64,000 nt of DNA, from the NCBI GenBank assembly GCA_018304425.1, contig JAGVWE010000003.1, forward strand, positions 128,001 through 192,000, written 5' to 3'. The stretch comes from Candidatus Iainarchaeum sp. (GTDB lineage: Archaea > Iainarchaeota > Iainarchaeia > Iainarchaeales > UBA10219). Below are positions 19,623 through 28,133 of this stretch, piece after piece. How positions within the stretch are numbered: position 1 is the first letter of the stretch; every line of letters starts with the position of its first letter. The notes beneath the pieces were generated by a model. It saw only the letters and a list, made by a program, of their open reading frames with translations. It searched no databases and was not told where the DNA came from. A program made the translations under genes and the position numbers.

Positions 19623-20138
19623 ATGTCGACGGCGAAAAGGCACTCGTATGTCATGGTATTGGCCTTCTTGTATGCCGGCTTCTCCCTGGTTTTAACACTG
19701 CTGGTGGTGTACCACCTCTTCTGGCGCCCGGAGGGCGGCGGCTTTGGCTTCCTGCCCCCGGGTGGCCGCGGTCACTCTCCCCTGTCTCCCTGGGCCTTAA
19801 TCACTTCCGCGCCCTTCGTGGTGCTCTTGGCCGGCGGCCTCATCTCCCTATTCGCCGGCTACTCGATTTGGCAGTTGACGCGCAAAAAAGAGGTCCACGC
19901 GGCCCGGCACGGCGTCATGAACGCGTTACTGTTGCCCAATGAAGCCCGCCTCATCGGGTTGTTGAAGGCCTCCGAGAACGGCTTGACGCAGTCCAGGCTA
20001 GTGGTGGAGTCCGGCCTCTCCAAGGTGCAAGTGCACCGCATCGTCAAGAAACTGGAATCCCAGGACATCCTCTCCAAGCACAAGTACGGCTTGACCAACA
20101 AGCTCGTGCTCGCCAAGGACTACGCGGAACCAGCGTGA
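19623..20138 (+). CDS. Membrane-anchored winged-helix regulator
   Basis: Two TM segments followed by LTQSRLVVESGLSKVQVHRIVKKLE...GLTNKLVL HTH. Confidence 0.82.
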   Translation: MSTAKRHSYVMVLAFLYAGFSLVLTLLVVYHLFWRPEGGGFGFLPPGGRGHSPLSPWALITSAPFVVLLAGGLISLFAGYSIWQLTRKKEVHAARHGVMNALLLPNEARLIGLLKASENGLTQSRLVVESGLSKVQVHRIVKKLESQDILSKHKYGLTNKLVLAKDYAEPA

Positions 20139-20151
20139 CGTCCGGCTTCGC

Positions 20152-20547
20152 TCAGGCCTTCGCCTTCTCTCCAAAGCACATTTCCGTTTTCGACTCGGTG
20201 CCTGGGACGCTGAAGACCACGCAGCCGTTGCCGACCGCTTTTTCGTTGCCCCTAAAGTGCTCCAGCGCGGTCTCGTCCAGGTAAAAGTCGGCCGTGACAG
20301 TCGAGTCCTTGGCTATGAGGTGGCAGAGCTTCCCTGCGCCCTCCAACCGGTCGCTGGAATAGTCCTCCAAGCCCACGATGGAAGGCATGTAATACTTCAT
20401 GCCAATTTGGTCACCGGGTTGGCACCATTGGCCGCCAAGGCTTCCGCCCTTCAAGCCCTTCATGGTTTGGGTGATGTCCTTGGACGAACAGCCGGCAAGC
20501 AGCAAAAGCAGGAGCAACAAACCCATTGCAAGCCAAGCGCGTTTCAC
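20152..20547 (-). CDS. Small hypothetical lipoprotein
   Basis: GTG start after AGGTGA; LLLLAGC lipobox-like motif. Confidence 0.7.
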   Translation of the reverse strand: MKRAWLAMGLLLLLLLLAGCSSKDITQTMKGLKGGSLGGQWCQPGDQIGMKYYMPSIVGLEDYSSDRLEGAGKLCHLIAKDSTVTADFYLDETALEHFRGNEKAVGNGCVVFSVPGTESKTEMCFGEKAKA

Positions 20548-20548
20548 G

Positions 20549-21847
20549 TCACTCACCTTTCCTGAACTCAAAGTACTGCGAGGAAATGCCGATGCTGTTC
20601 AAAATGCTGGTAGAAGTCTCGGAACCGCTGGGGCTCGTGCCTCCCGTGGGCACCAACTGGAAGTAGGTGCAGTCGCTGCTCGTGGAGAGGTTGCCGCGCA
20701 CCGTGTAAGGCTCGGCAATCGAGCCCGTCATGGTAAAGGCCTTGTCGTCAAACGAACCCGAGAGATAGGCCACGGCGCCCGGAATGTTGTTGTATTCGTT
20801 GAAGACCGAGGCCTGGAAGCCCTGGTTGGAGCCCGTGACCTCGGCCCGACCCACCTTGAGACTGCCCTGCACCCAGTTCCAGGTGCCCATGAAGCTGCAG
20901 GCGGCCTCCGGTGGCTGCGCGGGAGGCAACTCGACGGGGGGCCGCTTGACGGGAGGGAGCGGCGGTTGGGTGGGCGGCTGTTCCGTGGGCGGGTAGTAGG
21001 GCGGTTGCTCGGCAGGCGGCGTGTATGGCGGCTGCGGAGGCGTTTCCATGCTTTCCCCTTTCTTGAGGACGGACTGCAGCAAGTCCACGAGTTGCTGGGT
21101 GCGCTCGGGGCCCAAGGCGTTCAAGAGCTGGCGGAGGTTCCGCGTGTTGTGGACGAAGTGCGCGTAAATGAGTTCGCTCATCATCGAGTCCAAGCCCGGG
21201 ACGAGGAAGGTGTCGCCGCGGGGCGCGTATTTTATGAGGGACTTTATTTCGTCGGGCGCGTGCTCGACCATCAACTCCATGACGTCGTCGGGGATGCTGG
21301 ACACCAGGCGCTTGAGGTTTTCCTTCACCGTCTTCGGGTCGAGGCAGACCGTGTGCAGGTCGTCAAACTGGCCCTCGCATTCGCACTTTTTTCCGTTCAC
21401 CGAGAGGGAGGAGTTCGCGGGGCAGCCGTCGTCGCGGCCGTGGACGTAGAAATTGTAGAAGAATTCCTCGAGGTCGCGGCCCTGCGCGCGGACGGCGTTG
21501 CAGACGGCCGAAAACTTATCGCCATAGTGAAGCGGCCGGCACTGGCCGCTGGCAAAGCATTTATTGCAGTCCTTGACCAGGACTTCGGCTTCCGTTTCGG
21601 CGTCAATGGGTCGTCCGTCATCAGAGTAACCGCCGGGGCCATACTTCCAGGGCTCCTGGATGCATTGCTGGCTGCACTTGTTCAGAACCTTCCACTCGCA
21701 TTGCACGAACTTCTGGCAAGCCTTGGCGCATTCCGCGGCGCAGACCGCGTAAAGGGCGCGGTCCTTGGAAACGGTGTAGTTGGCTGCCCAGACAGAAGCC
21801 GCAAGCAAGACCAAAAACGCTCCCACTAACCCCCAACCATGCTTCAT
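20549..21847 (-). CDS. Secreted Cys-rich protein with Pro-rich linker
   Basis: Signal peptide; CxxxC-rich N-domain; PPQPPYTPPAEQPPYYPPTEQPP linker; beta-rich C-domain. Confidence 0.78.
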   Translation of the reverse strand: MKHGWGLVGAFLVLLAASVWAANYTVSKDRALYAVCAAECAKACQKFVQCEWKVLNKCSQQCIQEPWKYGPGGYSDDGRPIDAETEAEVLVKDCNKCFASGQCRPLHYGDKFSAVCNAVRAQGRDLEEFFYNFYVHGRDDGCPANSSLSVNGKKCECEGQFDDLHTVCLDPKTVKENLKRLVSSIPDDVMELMVEHAPDEIKSLIKYAPRGDTFLVPGLDSMMSELIYAHFVHNTRNLRQLLNALGPERTQQLVDLLQSVLKKGESMETPPQPPYTPPAEQPPYYPPTEQPPTQPPLPPVKRPPVELPPAQPPEAACSFMGTWNWVQGSLKVGRAEVTGSNQGFQASVFNEYNNIPGAVAYLSGSFDDKAFTMTGSIAEPYTVRGNLSTSSDCTYFQLVPTGGTSPSGSETSTSILNSIGISSQYFEFRKGE

Positions 21848-21957
21848 GGGCTTGGCCCACGGAATAACGTTGACCCCGTATTTATAGGTTTCGTTCGGGG
21901 TTAGGCGGGCTCATAGGGCCGCAAAAGGAATAAATAGGCGGGCGGCATAATGCATGC

Positions 21958-22902
21958 ATGCGACGCATGCCGCCAGCCAAACGCCGGCCTTACCCCAACG
22001 CTTCCAACCTCGCCCCGGAAATCGCCGAACGTGGCAGGGCCTTTGACGACGCACCCGAACCCGGGCCACGTACGCGCAGGCAAGTCATCGCTGACGCCAA
22101 AGCCTACCTGCGCGCGGCAAGCACGGTGAAGAACAGGACGCCCGAACAGATACTGGATATCAAGCGGGCACGGCAGCGGCAAATGAGGAACCGGCGATGG
22201 CATCCAAGGTGGCGCTTGAAGAACCTCCTGAAACACGATGCAGAACTCCGCAAGGCCTACCACCGGCTGGGCCCCGCAACGCATGATTCCCCAAAACGCA
22301 TCCTGGGCAGGGCGCTTGCCGTCGCAGAAGCCGCAGAAATCGCAAGAGGGGGAACGGGGCGCACGGCCGTGCGGAGGGTCTTGGCCAAGCTACGGGCACA
22401 CTGGCCCCCCTATGTGACGGTAGCCGCCATGGCAGAGCTTAACCGAGCGGATCCGACTACCCGGCGGTTCACCCGCATCCGCAGCGAGAACCTGGCCAAC
22501 CCCAGCCAATTTCCAAAAGAAAAAAAGAACCGCATCGTGACTGCTTGGGAAACCGCGGGCAAGGAAATCAAGGGTGCCTGGCGGCGGCTGCGAGCGGAAG
22601 ATCGAAAGATATCGCTGGGCGACATCAGCTGGGTGCTGGTCGAACGCGGACTGAAAAGGCTGCCGCCCCGCAGGGACTCCCATCAGGCCTTTTTCACGGG
22701 ACTCACCAGCGAGCGAACACGGCCACTTGGGCTCTCACCGTTCCAGACCCTCGTGCTGGCCGAACTCCGGACTCCACAGTCCATCGTGGAGATTGCCGTG
22801 AAACTCGGCGTGGACCCGGCACAGGTGTCCCGCGCCCGCCTACGAATCCTGAGAAAGGCCGGCGTGTGGCGCCCTGAAAGACACCGGTCACCGGGAAGAT
22901 AG
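21958..22902 (+). CDS. Arg-rich orphan with C-terminal sigma-70 region-4/LuxR-like HTH
   Basis: LSPFQTLVL...SIVEIAVKLGVDPAQVSRARLRILRK; TATA-like AATAAATA upstream. Confidence 0.6.
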   Translation: MRRMPPAKRRPYPNASNLAPEIAERGRAFDDAPEPGPRTRRQVIADAKAYLRAASTVKNRTPEQILDIKRARQRQMRNRRWHPRWRLKNLLKHDAELRKAYHRLGPATHDSPKRILGRALAVAEAAEIARGGTGRTAVRRVLAKLRAHWPPYVTVAAMAELNRADPTTRRFTRIRSENLANPSQFPKEKKNRIVTAWETAGKEIKGAWRRLRAEDRKISLGDISWVLVERGLKRLPPRRDSHQAFFTGLTSERTRPLGLSPFQTLVLAELRTPQSIVEIAVKLGVDPAQVSRARLRILRKAGVWRPERHRSPGR

Positions 22903-22973
22903 CCTGCACCTTTAAATAGTTCCTCGGCCCAGATGGTATAGCTCCCAAGAATTGTTTGAATCCAGTGATTGCC

Positions 22974-23327
22974 TTGCAGGTTGGAGAGTTGCGGCCTTAC
23001 GCGAAAAAAGTGGAAGTAATCGTCAAAGTACTCGACAAGAACGAGGCCAGGGAAGTCCACTCCAAGCTTGACAACCGAAACCACTCCGTCACCGAGGCGC
23101 TCGTCGGGGATTCCTCGGGAACCATCCTGCTCACTCTCTGGGATGACGCCATCGACAAGCTCGTCACCGGCAAATGCTACAAGCTCTCCAACGCCTTCAC
23201 GTCTCTCTTCAAGAACACGCTGCGCTTGAACCTCGGCAGGTACGGCAAGCTCGAAGATCACCCCGAAGACGTGGCAGCCAACGCCCACCACAACCTGTCC
23301 GAGAAAGAGTTCGAGGGCCGAGGGTAA
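22974..23327 (+). CDS. Single OB-fold ssDNA-binding protein (SSB/RPA-like)
   Basis: V.ELRP....VIVKV...EALVGDSSGTILLTLWDD...NAFTSLFK..LRLNLGRYGKL. Confidence 0.88.
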   Translation: MQVGELRPYAKKVEVIVKVLDKNEAREVHSKLDNRNHSVTEALVGDSSGTILLTLWDDAIDKLVTGKCYKLSNAFTSLFKNTLRLNLGRYGKLEDHPEDVAANAHHNLSEKEFEGRG

Positions 23328-23346
23328 GGTTGCGGGCCGGCGGGCT

Positions 23347-24336
23347 TCAGGACGGGAGTTCCTGGCCGGGAAACTTGGCGGCGAAACGGCGACGCAGTTC
23401 GACCACGTCTGCCCGGCTGAAATGGGCCGGGTGGGTGCGCAAGAGCCTCGAGAGCGCGGTGACGTCGGCCCCTCCAGGATTCCGGGCACTGGCCAAAAGG
23501 AGTGCGGCAGCCCGGACATAGTGCTTTTTTTCATAGGCCTTCGCAATGGCAGCGGCATAGCGGTTCTTCGGGGACTGGATTCTACCGGGACGCTTCCGAG
23601 AAAGCGAATAGGGCACTTCGGGGAGCGGCTCGTGGAAGCGCAGACGATAATTCCGCCGGACAATCTCTCGCTCGGTCTCCCTCAGCGGGGTCTCCAAAGA
23701 GGCGTTCCCGAAGATCAGCCGGATCTTGATTCTCGCCCCTGGAGTGCCTTCGAGGATATACCATTGCAACGCATCGAACACCCTTCCATCCCTCATCGCG
23801 GCTGCCCCCTCTTCCTCGTATCGCTCGGCCGGCCGAAGCATGCTGCTCAGCGACCTGGTGGTCTCAGGCTCGACGTAGCGAGGACTCACGTCCCCAGATG
23901 AAAGCCATGCGCGCACGCGCTCCGACATCCGGTGGATGGTGCCGAACTCGTCGCAATAGGGGCCGAGCGCCTCGACGAGTTCCCTCGCTTTTTCGTGGTC
24001 GGTCTTCGCCAGGTGCTCCGCGACCGCCAGGGCCTTCTGCTGCAGGTAACGTCTGAAGGTCTGCCTGACGCTGGCGTCGCGGATGGCGAGGAAGTTCTCG
24101 GCCAAGCGGAACCACTTGTACACGTCCGGGACCTCGACCCCGGTGTTCCGGAAGAAGGTCCGTGCCCTCCGCTCCGCGAGCTCGTGCCGGCCGTGCAGGA
24201 AATCTAAGTCCACGGCAGCGGAGACCGCATCGAGGGCCTTGGAGAGAGTCCTCTGCAGGGTTACCCGTTTCGCCTCAGGCAGTTTCCCACGCCCGCGGGT
24301 GAGGCCATGCCGTGCCCTGGAGGGAATCGCCGCCAT
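23347..24336 (-). CDS. Arg-rich helical orphan protein
   Basis: 329-codon ORF filling the gap; TATA-like TTAAATA about 25 nt upstream. Confidence 0.6.
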   Translation of the reverse strand: MAAIPSRARHGLTRGRGKLPEAKRVTLQRTLSKALDAVSAAVDLDFLHGRHELAERRARTFFRNTGVEVPDVYKWFRLAENFLAIRDASVRQTFRRYLQQKALAVAEHLAKTDHEKARELVEALGPYCDEFGTIHRMSERVRAWLSSGDVSPRYVEPETTRSLSSMLRPAERYEEEGAAAMRDGRVFDALQWYILEGTPGARIKIRLIFGNASLETPLRETEREIVRRNYRLRFHEPLPEVPYSLSRKRPGRIQSPKNRYAAAIAKAYEKKHYVRAAALLLASARNPGGADVTALSRLLRTHPAHFSRADVVELRRRFAAKFPGQELPS

Positions 24337-24443
24337 GCAAAAACTAGCCTCCGCCCCCCTATTTAATCGTTTCGAGTAGGGGGGTGGACGGGACCAAGGC
24401 CCGGAGCACTCCTTAAAACCCTTTCTCCCCCCAAACTGAGTCT

Positions 24444-24521
24444 ATGAACGGCAGAAGGGATCTAGAAATACTCCGGCAAATACCTCTCAGAAGGGGCCTT
24501 CGGCAAATTCTGCGGTACTAG
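24444..24521 (+). CDS. Putative 25-aa small ORF (MNGRRDLEILRQIPLRRGLRQILRY)
   Basis: ATG about 26 nt after TTAAAA (24413-24418), leaderless geometry; two ATA and one ATT codon. Confidence 0.3.
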   Translation: MNGRRDLEILRQIPLRRGLRQILRY

Positions 24522-24592
24522 CGCCGCGCCCAGCCGTTCGAATACCCCGTTTTTTAAACCTGTTTCCCTTGAAAACAATGGAACTAGGCCCG

Positions 24593-24666
24593 GGGCCCGT
24601 AGCTCAGCCTGGCAGAGCATTGGTCTTATACACCAAGCGCCGGCGGTTCAAATCCGCCCGGGCCCA
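24593..24666 (+). tRNA. tRNA-Ile (anticodon UAU)
   Basis: Cloverleaf: GGGCCCG/CGGGCCC acceptor, GCTC/GAGC D-stem, TTGGT-CTTATAC-ACCAA anticodon arm, GGCGG-TTCAAAT-CCGCC T-arm; no encoded CCA. Confidence 0.9.
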
Positions 24667-24689
24667 TTCCAGCGCGAGGCGCTCAACCC

Positions 24690-27593
24690 ATGACCGACAA
24701 GAAAAACCTGGAGCCCTTCACCCTCCAAAAAGAAGAAGAAGTGAAGGCCTTCTGGAAGCAGGCGGGCGTTCCCGAAAAGGTGCGGAAGCAGCACGCGGGC
24801 AAGGGCAAGCCCTATTACTTCATGGACGGGCCGCCTTACGCGACCGGCCACATCCACATGGGAACGGCCTTGAACAAGGTGTTGAAGGACGTGGCTTTGC
24901 GCTCCAAGCGCATGGAGGGCTTCGATGTCTTCGACCGGCCCGGCTATGACACGCATGGCCTGCCCATCGAGCACCAAATCGAGAAGGAACTGGGCTTCAA
25001 GGTGAAAGCCGACATCGAACGGTTTGGGGTCAAGCCCTTCGTGGAGAAATGCAGGGAGTACGCGACGCGCTTCATCGGCACCATGAACGAGGAATTCGGG
25101 AACCTCGGCGTGTGGATGGACTGGAAGAACCCGTACCTGACGCTGAGCAACGAGTACGTGGAAGCCATCTGGTGGACGTTCAAGACCGCCTACGAAAAGG
25201 ACTTGTTGTACTTGGACAGCTACTCGGTGCACGTATGCCCCCGGTGCGCGACCGCCGTGGCGTACAACGAGATAGAGTATTCCAAGGTCGGCGACGCCAG
25301 CGTCTACTACAAGCTGACCCTAAAAGACCAGCCCAACACCCACCTGGCGGTGTGGACGACCACCCCTTGGACCATCCCCGCCAACCGCGGGGTCATGGTG
25401 CATCCAGACTACGAGTACGCTTTCGTGGAAACCAGGGAGCACGGCACCCTGGTGGTCGCGAAGGACCTGGTCTCCAAGCTCATGCCCAAGTTCGGCGTCA
25501 AAGAGCACCGCGTGACGCAGGTGAAGAAGGGAGCCGAATTGGTTGGTCTCCGGTATTCCGACCCGCTTGGCAAGCACATGAAAATGTCGTACACGGAAAA
25601 GGATTTGCGCGTCATCCCAAGCCCCCGCTACGTGAACCTCACGGATGGAACTGGCTTGGTGCACTGCGCGCCCGGCCACGGAAGGGAGGACTACGAGGAA
25701 GGCAAGCGCCACGGCCTGAGCATCGCGTGCCCCGTGGACCTCACGGGCACGCTGAAACCCGAAACCGGGAAGTACGCGGGCAAGCGCGCGAAAATCGTGG
25801 ACGCGGAAATCGTGGAAGACTTGAAAGCCGATGGCTTCGTGTTGGGCGAGGAAAAGTACGTGCACGATTATCCCTTCTGCTGGCGGTGCAAGCAGGCCCT
25901 GCTCATGCTGGCCGTGCCCCAGTGGTTTTTCCGCGTGACCAAGCTGCGCGAAAAGATGCTGAAAGAAAACGAGGAAGTCAACTGGGTGCCGGGCTGGATG
26001 AAGGACCGCATGAAGAACTGGCTCGAGAACCTGGGCGACTGGCCGGTTTCCAGGGAACGCTACTGGGGGACGCCGCTGCCCATCTGGCAATGCGGTGCCG
26101 CCGATGCCCCGGGCTGCGGGCACATCGAGGTGTTCGGTTCGGTGGCCGAGCTGGGCGGGAAAGCCAGGCTACCCAAGGAACTGAATCTACACAAGCCGGA
26201 GATTGACGGAATAACCTTCCCCTGCCTCAAGTGCCGCAAGGAGATGAAGCGCATCCCCCACGTCCTAGACGTCTGGTTCGACGCGGGAGTTTCCTCTTGG
26301 GGGGCACTTGACTACTCGAGGGACGACCAACTGTTCAAGCGCTATTGGCCGGCCGACCTCAACATCGAGGGCACGGACCAGGTGCGGGGCTGGTGGAACT
26401 CCGAAATCATCACTTCCACGATTTGCTTTGACGCCAAGCCCTTCAAGAACATCGCCGTGCACGGCATGGTGCTGGACATCACGGGCAGCAAGATGTCCAA
26501 GTCAAAGGGCAACGTGATTGGGCCCGCGGAAGTCATCGCCAAACACAACCGCGACTACTTGCGCTACTTTTTGGTCAGCGAGAGCCGGGGAGAGGACTTC
26601 AACTTCTCGTGGGATGCCTTCAAGGACATCGGGCGGTTCTTCAACATCCTGTGGAACACGTATAACTTCGCGCAAATGTACGCGTTCGTGGACTTCAAGG
26701 AATCCGCGGCGAAGGCGAAGCTGAACGTCGAAGACCAGTGGATTCTCAGCAAAATGAATTCCCTGGTGAAGAAAGTGCGGGAAGCCTATGACTCCTACGA
26801 GTATTTCAAGGCCCCGGATGCCATCAACCGGTTCGTGTTGGAGGACCTGAGCCGCACCTATGTCAAGCTCATCCGCGACCGCGTTGGAACAAAGGACGGG
26901 CGGGGCGCCGAGGAAACGCTCAACTACTGCCTCGTGACCCTGGCCCGGCTGTTGGCGCCCATTACCCCCCACGTGACCGAATACGTGTACCAGCACTTTA
27001 AGGGGCCAAGCCTTCCGGAAAGCATCCACTTGCTGTCCTTGCCGGAACCCGAGGAAAAGCGGATGGACGCGGGCCTGGAAAAGGAAATGGAGTTGGCCAT
27101 GGAAATCGCGCAAGCCACGCTGGCCTTGCGCGAGGAAAAGAAGCTGCGCCTGCGCTGGCCGCTCAACGAGTTGGTCGTGCAGTCGAAGGACGGAAGGGGC
27201 GTAGGGCGCGCCGCGGGCATCCTGGCCACGATGTGCAACGTGAAAAAGGTTTCCGAGGCCACGACGGCCCCCAAGGGAGAGTATGCCAGCAAGCCTGTCG
27301 ACGAGTTGACTCTGCACCTCAACACGGCTGCCGATGAAAGGCTGCGCGACGAGTGGGAGGTCAGGGAACTGGTGCGGCGCGTGCAGGAACTGAGGAAAGA
27401 AGCAAAGCTCCAGCCCGGCCAAAAAGTGGACTTGCTGATTGCCTGCGACGACGGCAAATTCCTCGAAGCCCACCGGAAGGCCGTCGAGGAAGAGACGCAC
27501 ACGCGGTTTGTGAACGGCGAGGGCCTGCCCCCAGCAGGGGAGAAACGCGAGAAGCTATTGGACCGCGTGTTCTACGTCAAGCTGAAGCCCTAG
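24690..27593 (+). CDS. ileS: Isoleucyl-tRNA synthetase
   Basis: DGPPYATGHIHMG (HIGH), GYDTHGLP, WTTTPWT, GTGLVH, SRERYWGTPLP, KMSKS. Confidence 0.96.
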   Translation: MTDKKNLEPFTLQKEEEVKAFWKQAGVPEKVRKQHAGKGKPYYFMDGPPYATGHIHMGTALNKVLKDVALRSKRMEGFDVFDRPGYDTHGLPIEHQIEKELGFKVKADIERFGVKPFVEKCREYATRFIGTMNEEFGNLGVWMDWKNPYLTLSNEYVEAIWWTFKTAYEKDLLYLDSYSVHVCPRCATAVAYNEIEYSKVGDASVYYKLTLKDQPNTHLAVWTTTPWTIPANRGVMVHPDYEYAFVETREHGTLVVAKDLVSKLMPKFGVKEHRVTQVKKGAELVGLRYSDPLGKHMKMSYTEKDLRVIPSPRYVNLTDGTGLVHCAPGHGREDYEEGKRHGLSIACPVDLTGTLKPETGKYAGKRAKIVDAEIVEDLKADGFVLGEEKYVHDYPFCWRCKQALLMLAVPQWFFRVTKLREKMLKENEEVNWVPGWMKDRMKNWLENLGDWPVSRERYWGTPLPIWQCGAADAPGCGHIEVFGSVAELGGKARLPKELNLHKPEIDGITFPCLKCRKEMKRIPHVLDVWFDAGVSSWGALDYSRDDQLFKRYWPADLNIEGTDQVRGWWNSEIITSTICFDAKPFKNIAVHGMVLDITGSKMSKSKGNVIGPAEVIAKHNRDYLRYFLVSESRGEDFNFSWDAFKDIGRFFNILWNTYNFAQMYAFVDFKESAAKAKLNVEDQWILSKMNSLVKKVREAYDSYEYFKAPDAINRFVLEDLSRTYVKLIRDRVGTKDGRGAEETLNYCLVTLARLLAPITPHVTEYVYQHFKGPSLPESIHLLSLPEPEEKRMDAGLEKEMELAMEIAQATLALREEKKLRLRWPLNELVVQSKDGRGVGRAAGILATMCNVKKVSEATTAPKGEYASKPVDELTLHLNTAADERLRDEWEVRELVRRVQELRKEAKLQPGQKVDLLIACDDGKFLEAHRKAVEEETHTRFVNGEGLPPAGEKREKLLDRVFYVKLKP

Positions 27594-27655
27594 TTATCGG
27601 CAATCGACGAAGTAAGTTTATTAAGCAGGTGGGTGCCATTAGTTCCGGAGAATGC

Positions 27656-27805
27656 ATGGGTTGGCTAGGATTTCCAAAATACCAGTGGCGCGGATTAAGC
27701 TATCTACTGGTGATTGGTGGCATCGGCTTGTTGCTCCTCAAAGAATACGCGGTGGGCGCCCCCTTGATAATCATTGGCGGCTTGATAGGAATAACCAATG
27801 GGTAA
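27656..27805 (+). CDS. Small membrane protein (49 aa)
   Basis: MGWLGFPKYQW...two hydrophobic stretches; TTTATTAA box upstream; AT-richer DNA. Confidence 0.5.
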   Translation: MGWLGFPKYQWRGLSYLLVIGGIGLLLLKEYAVGAPLIIIGGLIGITNG

Positions 27806-28127
27806 GAACATGAATCCGAGGGAATCACGAGCATTTGGTGCCGGAAAACTGAAGCACGACCGCATGATTAAAATCACGGCCCTGGTGCTCACTTTCGGCG
27901 GCTCCATTCTTGCCGGCCTCGCATTCAATGAAAAAATCCTGCTTCCCGCAAGCAAGGAAATAATCATCGTATTGTTGGCAGGCATCCTGTTCCTGTTGCT
28001 GCTTTTCCAAAACGCGAAGTTGAACGCGCTGGAACAAATTTTGGGCTGGGATGAAAAAGCCGAAGAAGGAAAGATGAATCTGCTCGCCCGGTGGATTGAC
28101 AAAGCAATTAAGCCAATCACAAGATAA
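27798..28127 (+). CDS. Small two-TM hypothetical membrane protein
   Basis: Overlaps the previous stop; two hydrophobic helices. Confidence 0.6.
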   Translation: MGKNMNPRESRAFGAGKLKHDRMIKITALVLTFGGSILAGLAFNEKILLPASKEIIIVLLAGILFLLLLFQNAKLNALEQILGWDEKAEEGKMNLLARWIDKAIKPITR

Positions 28128-28133
28128 CAGAAG

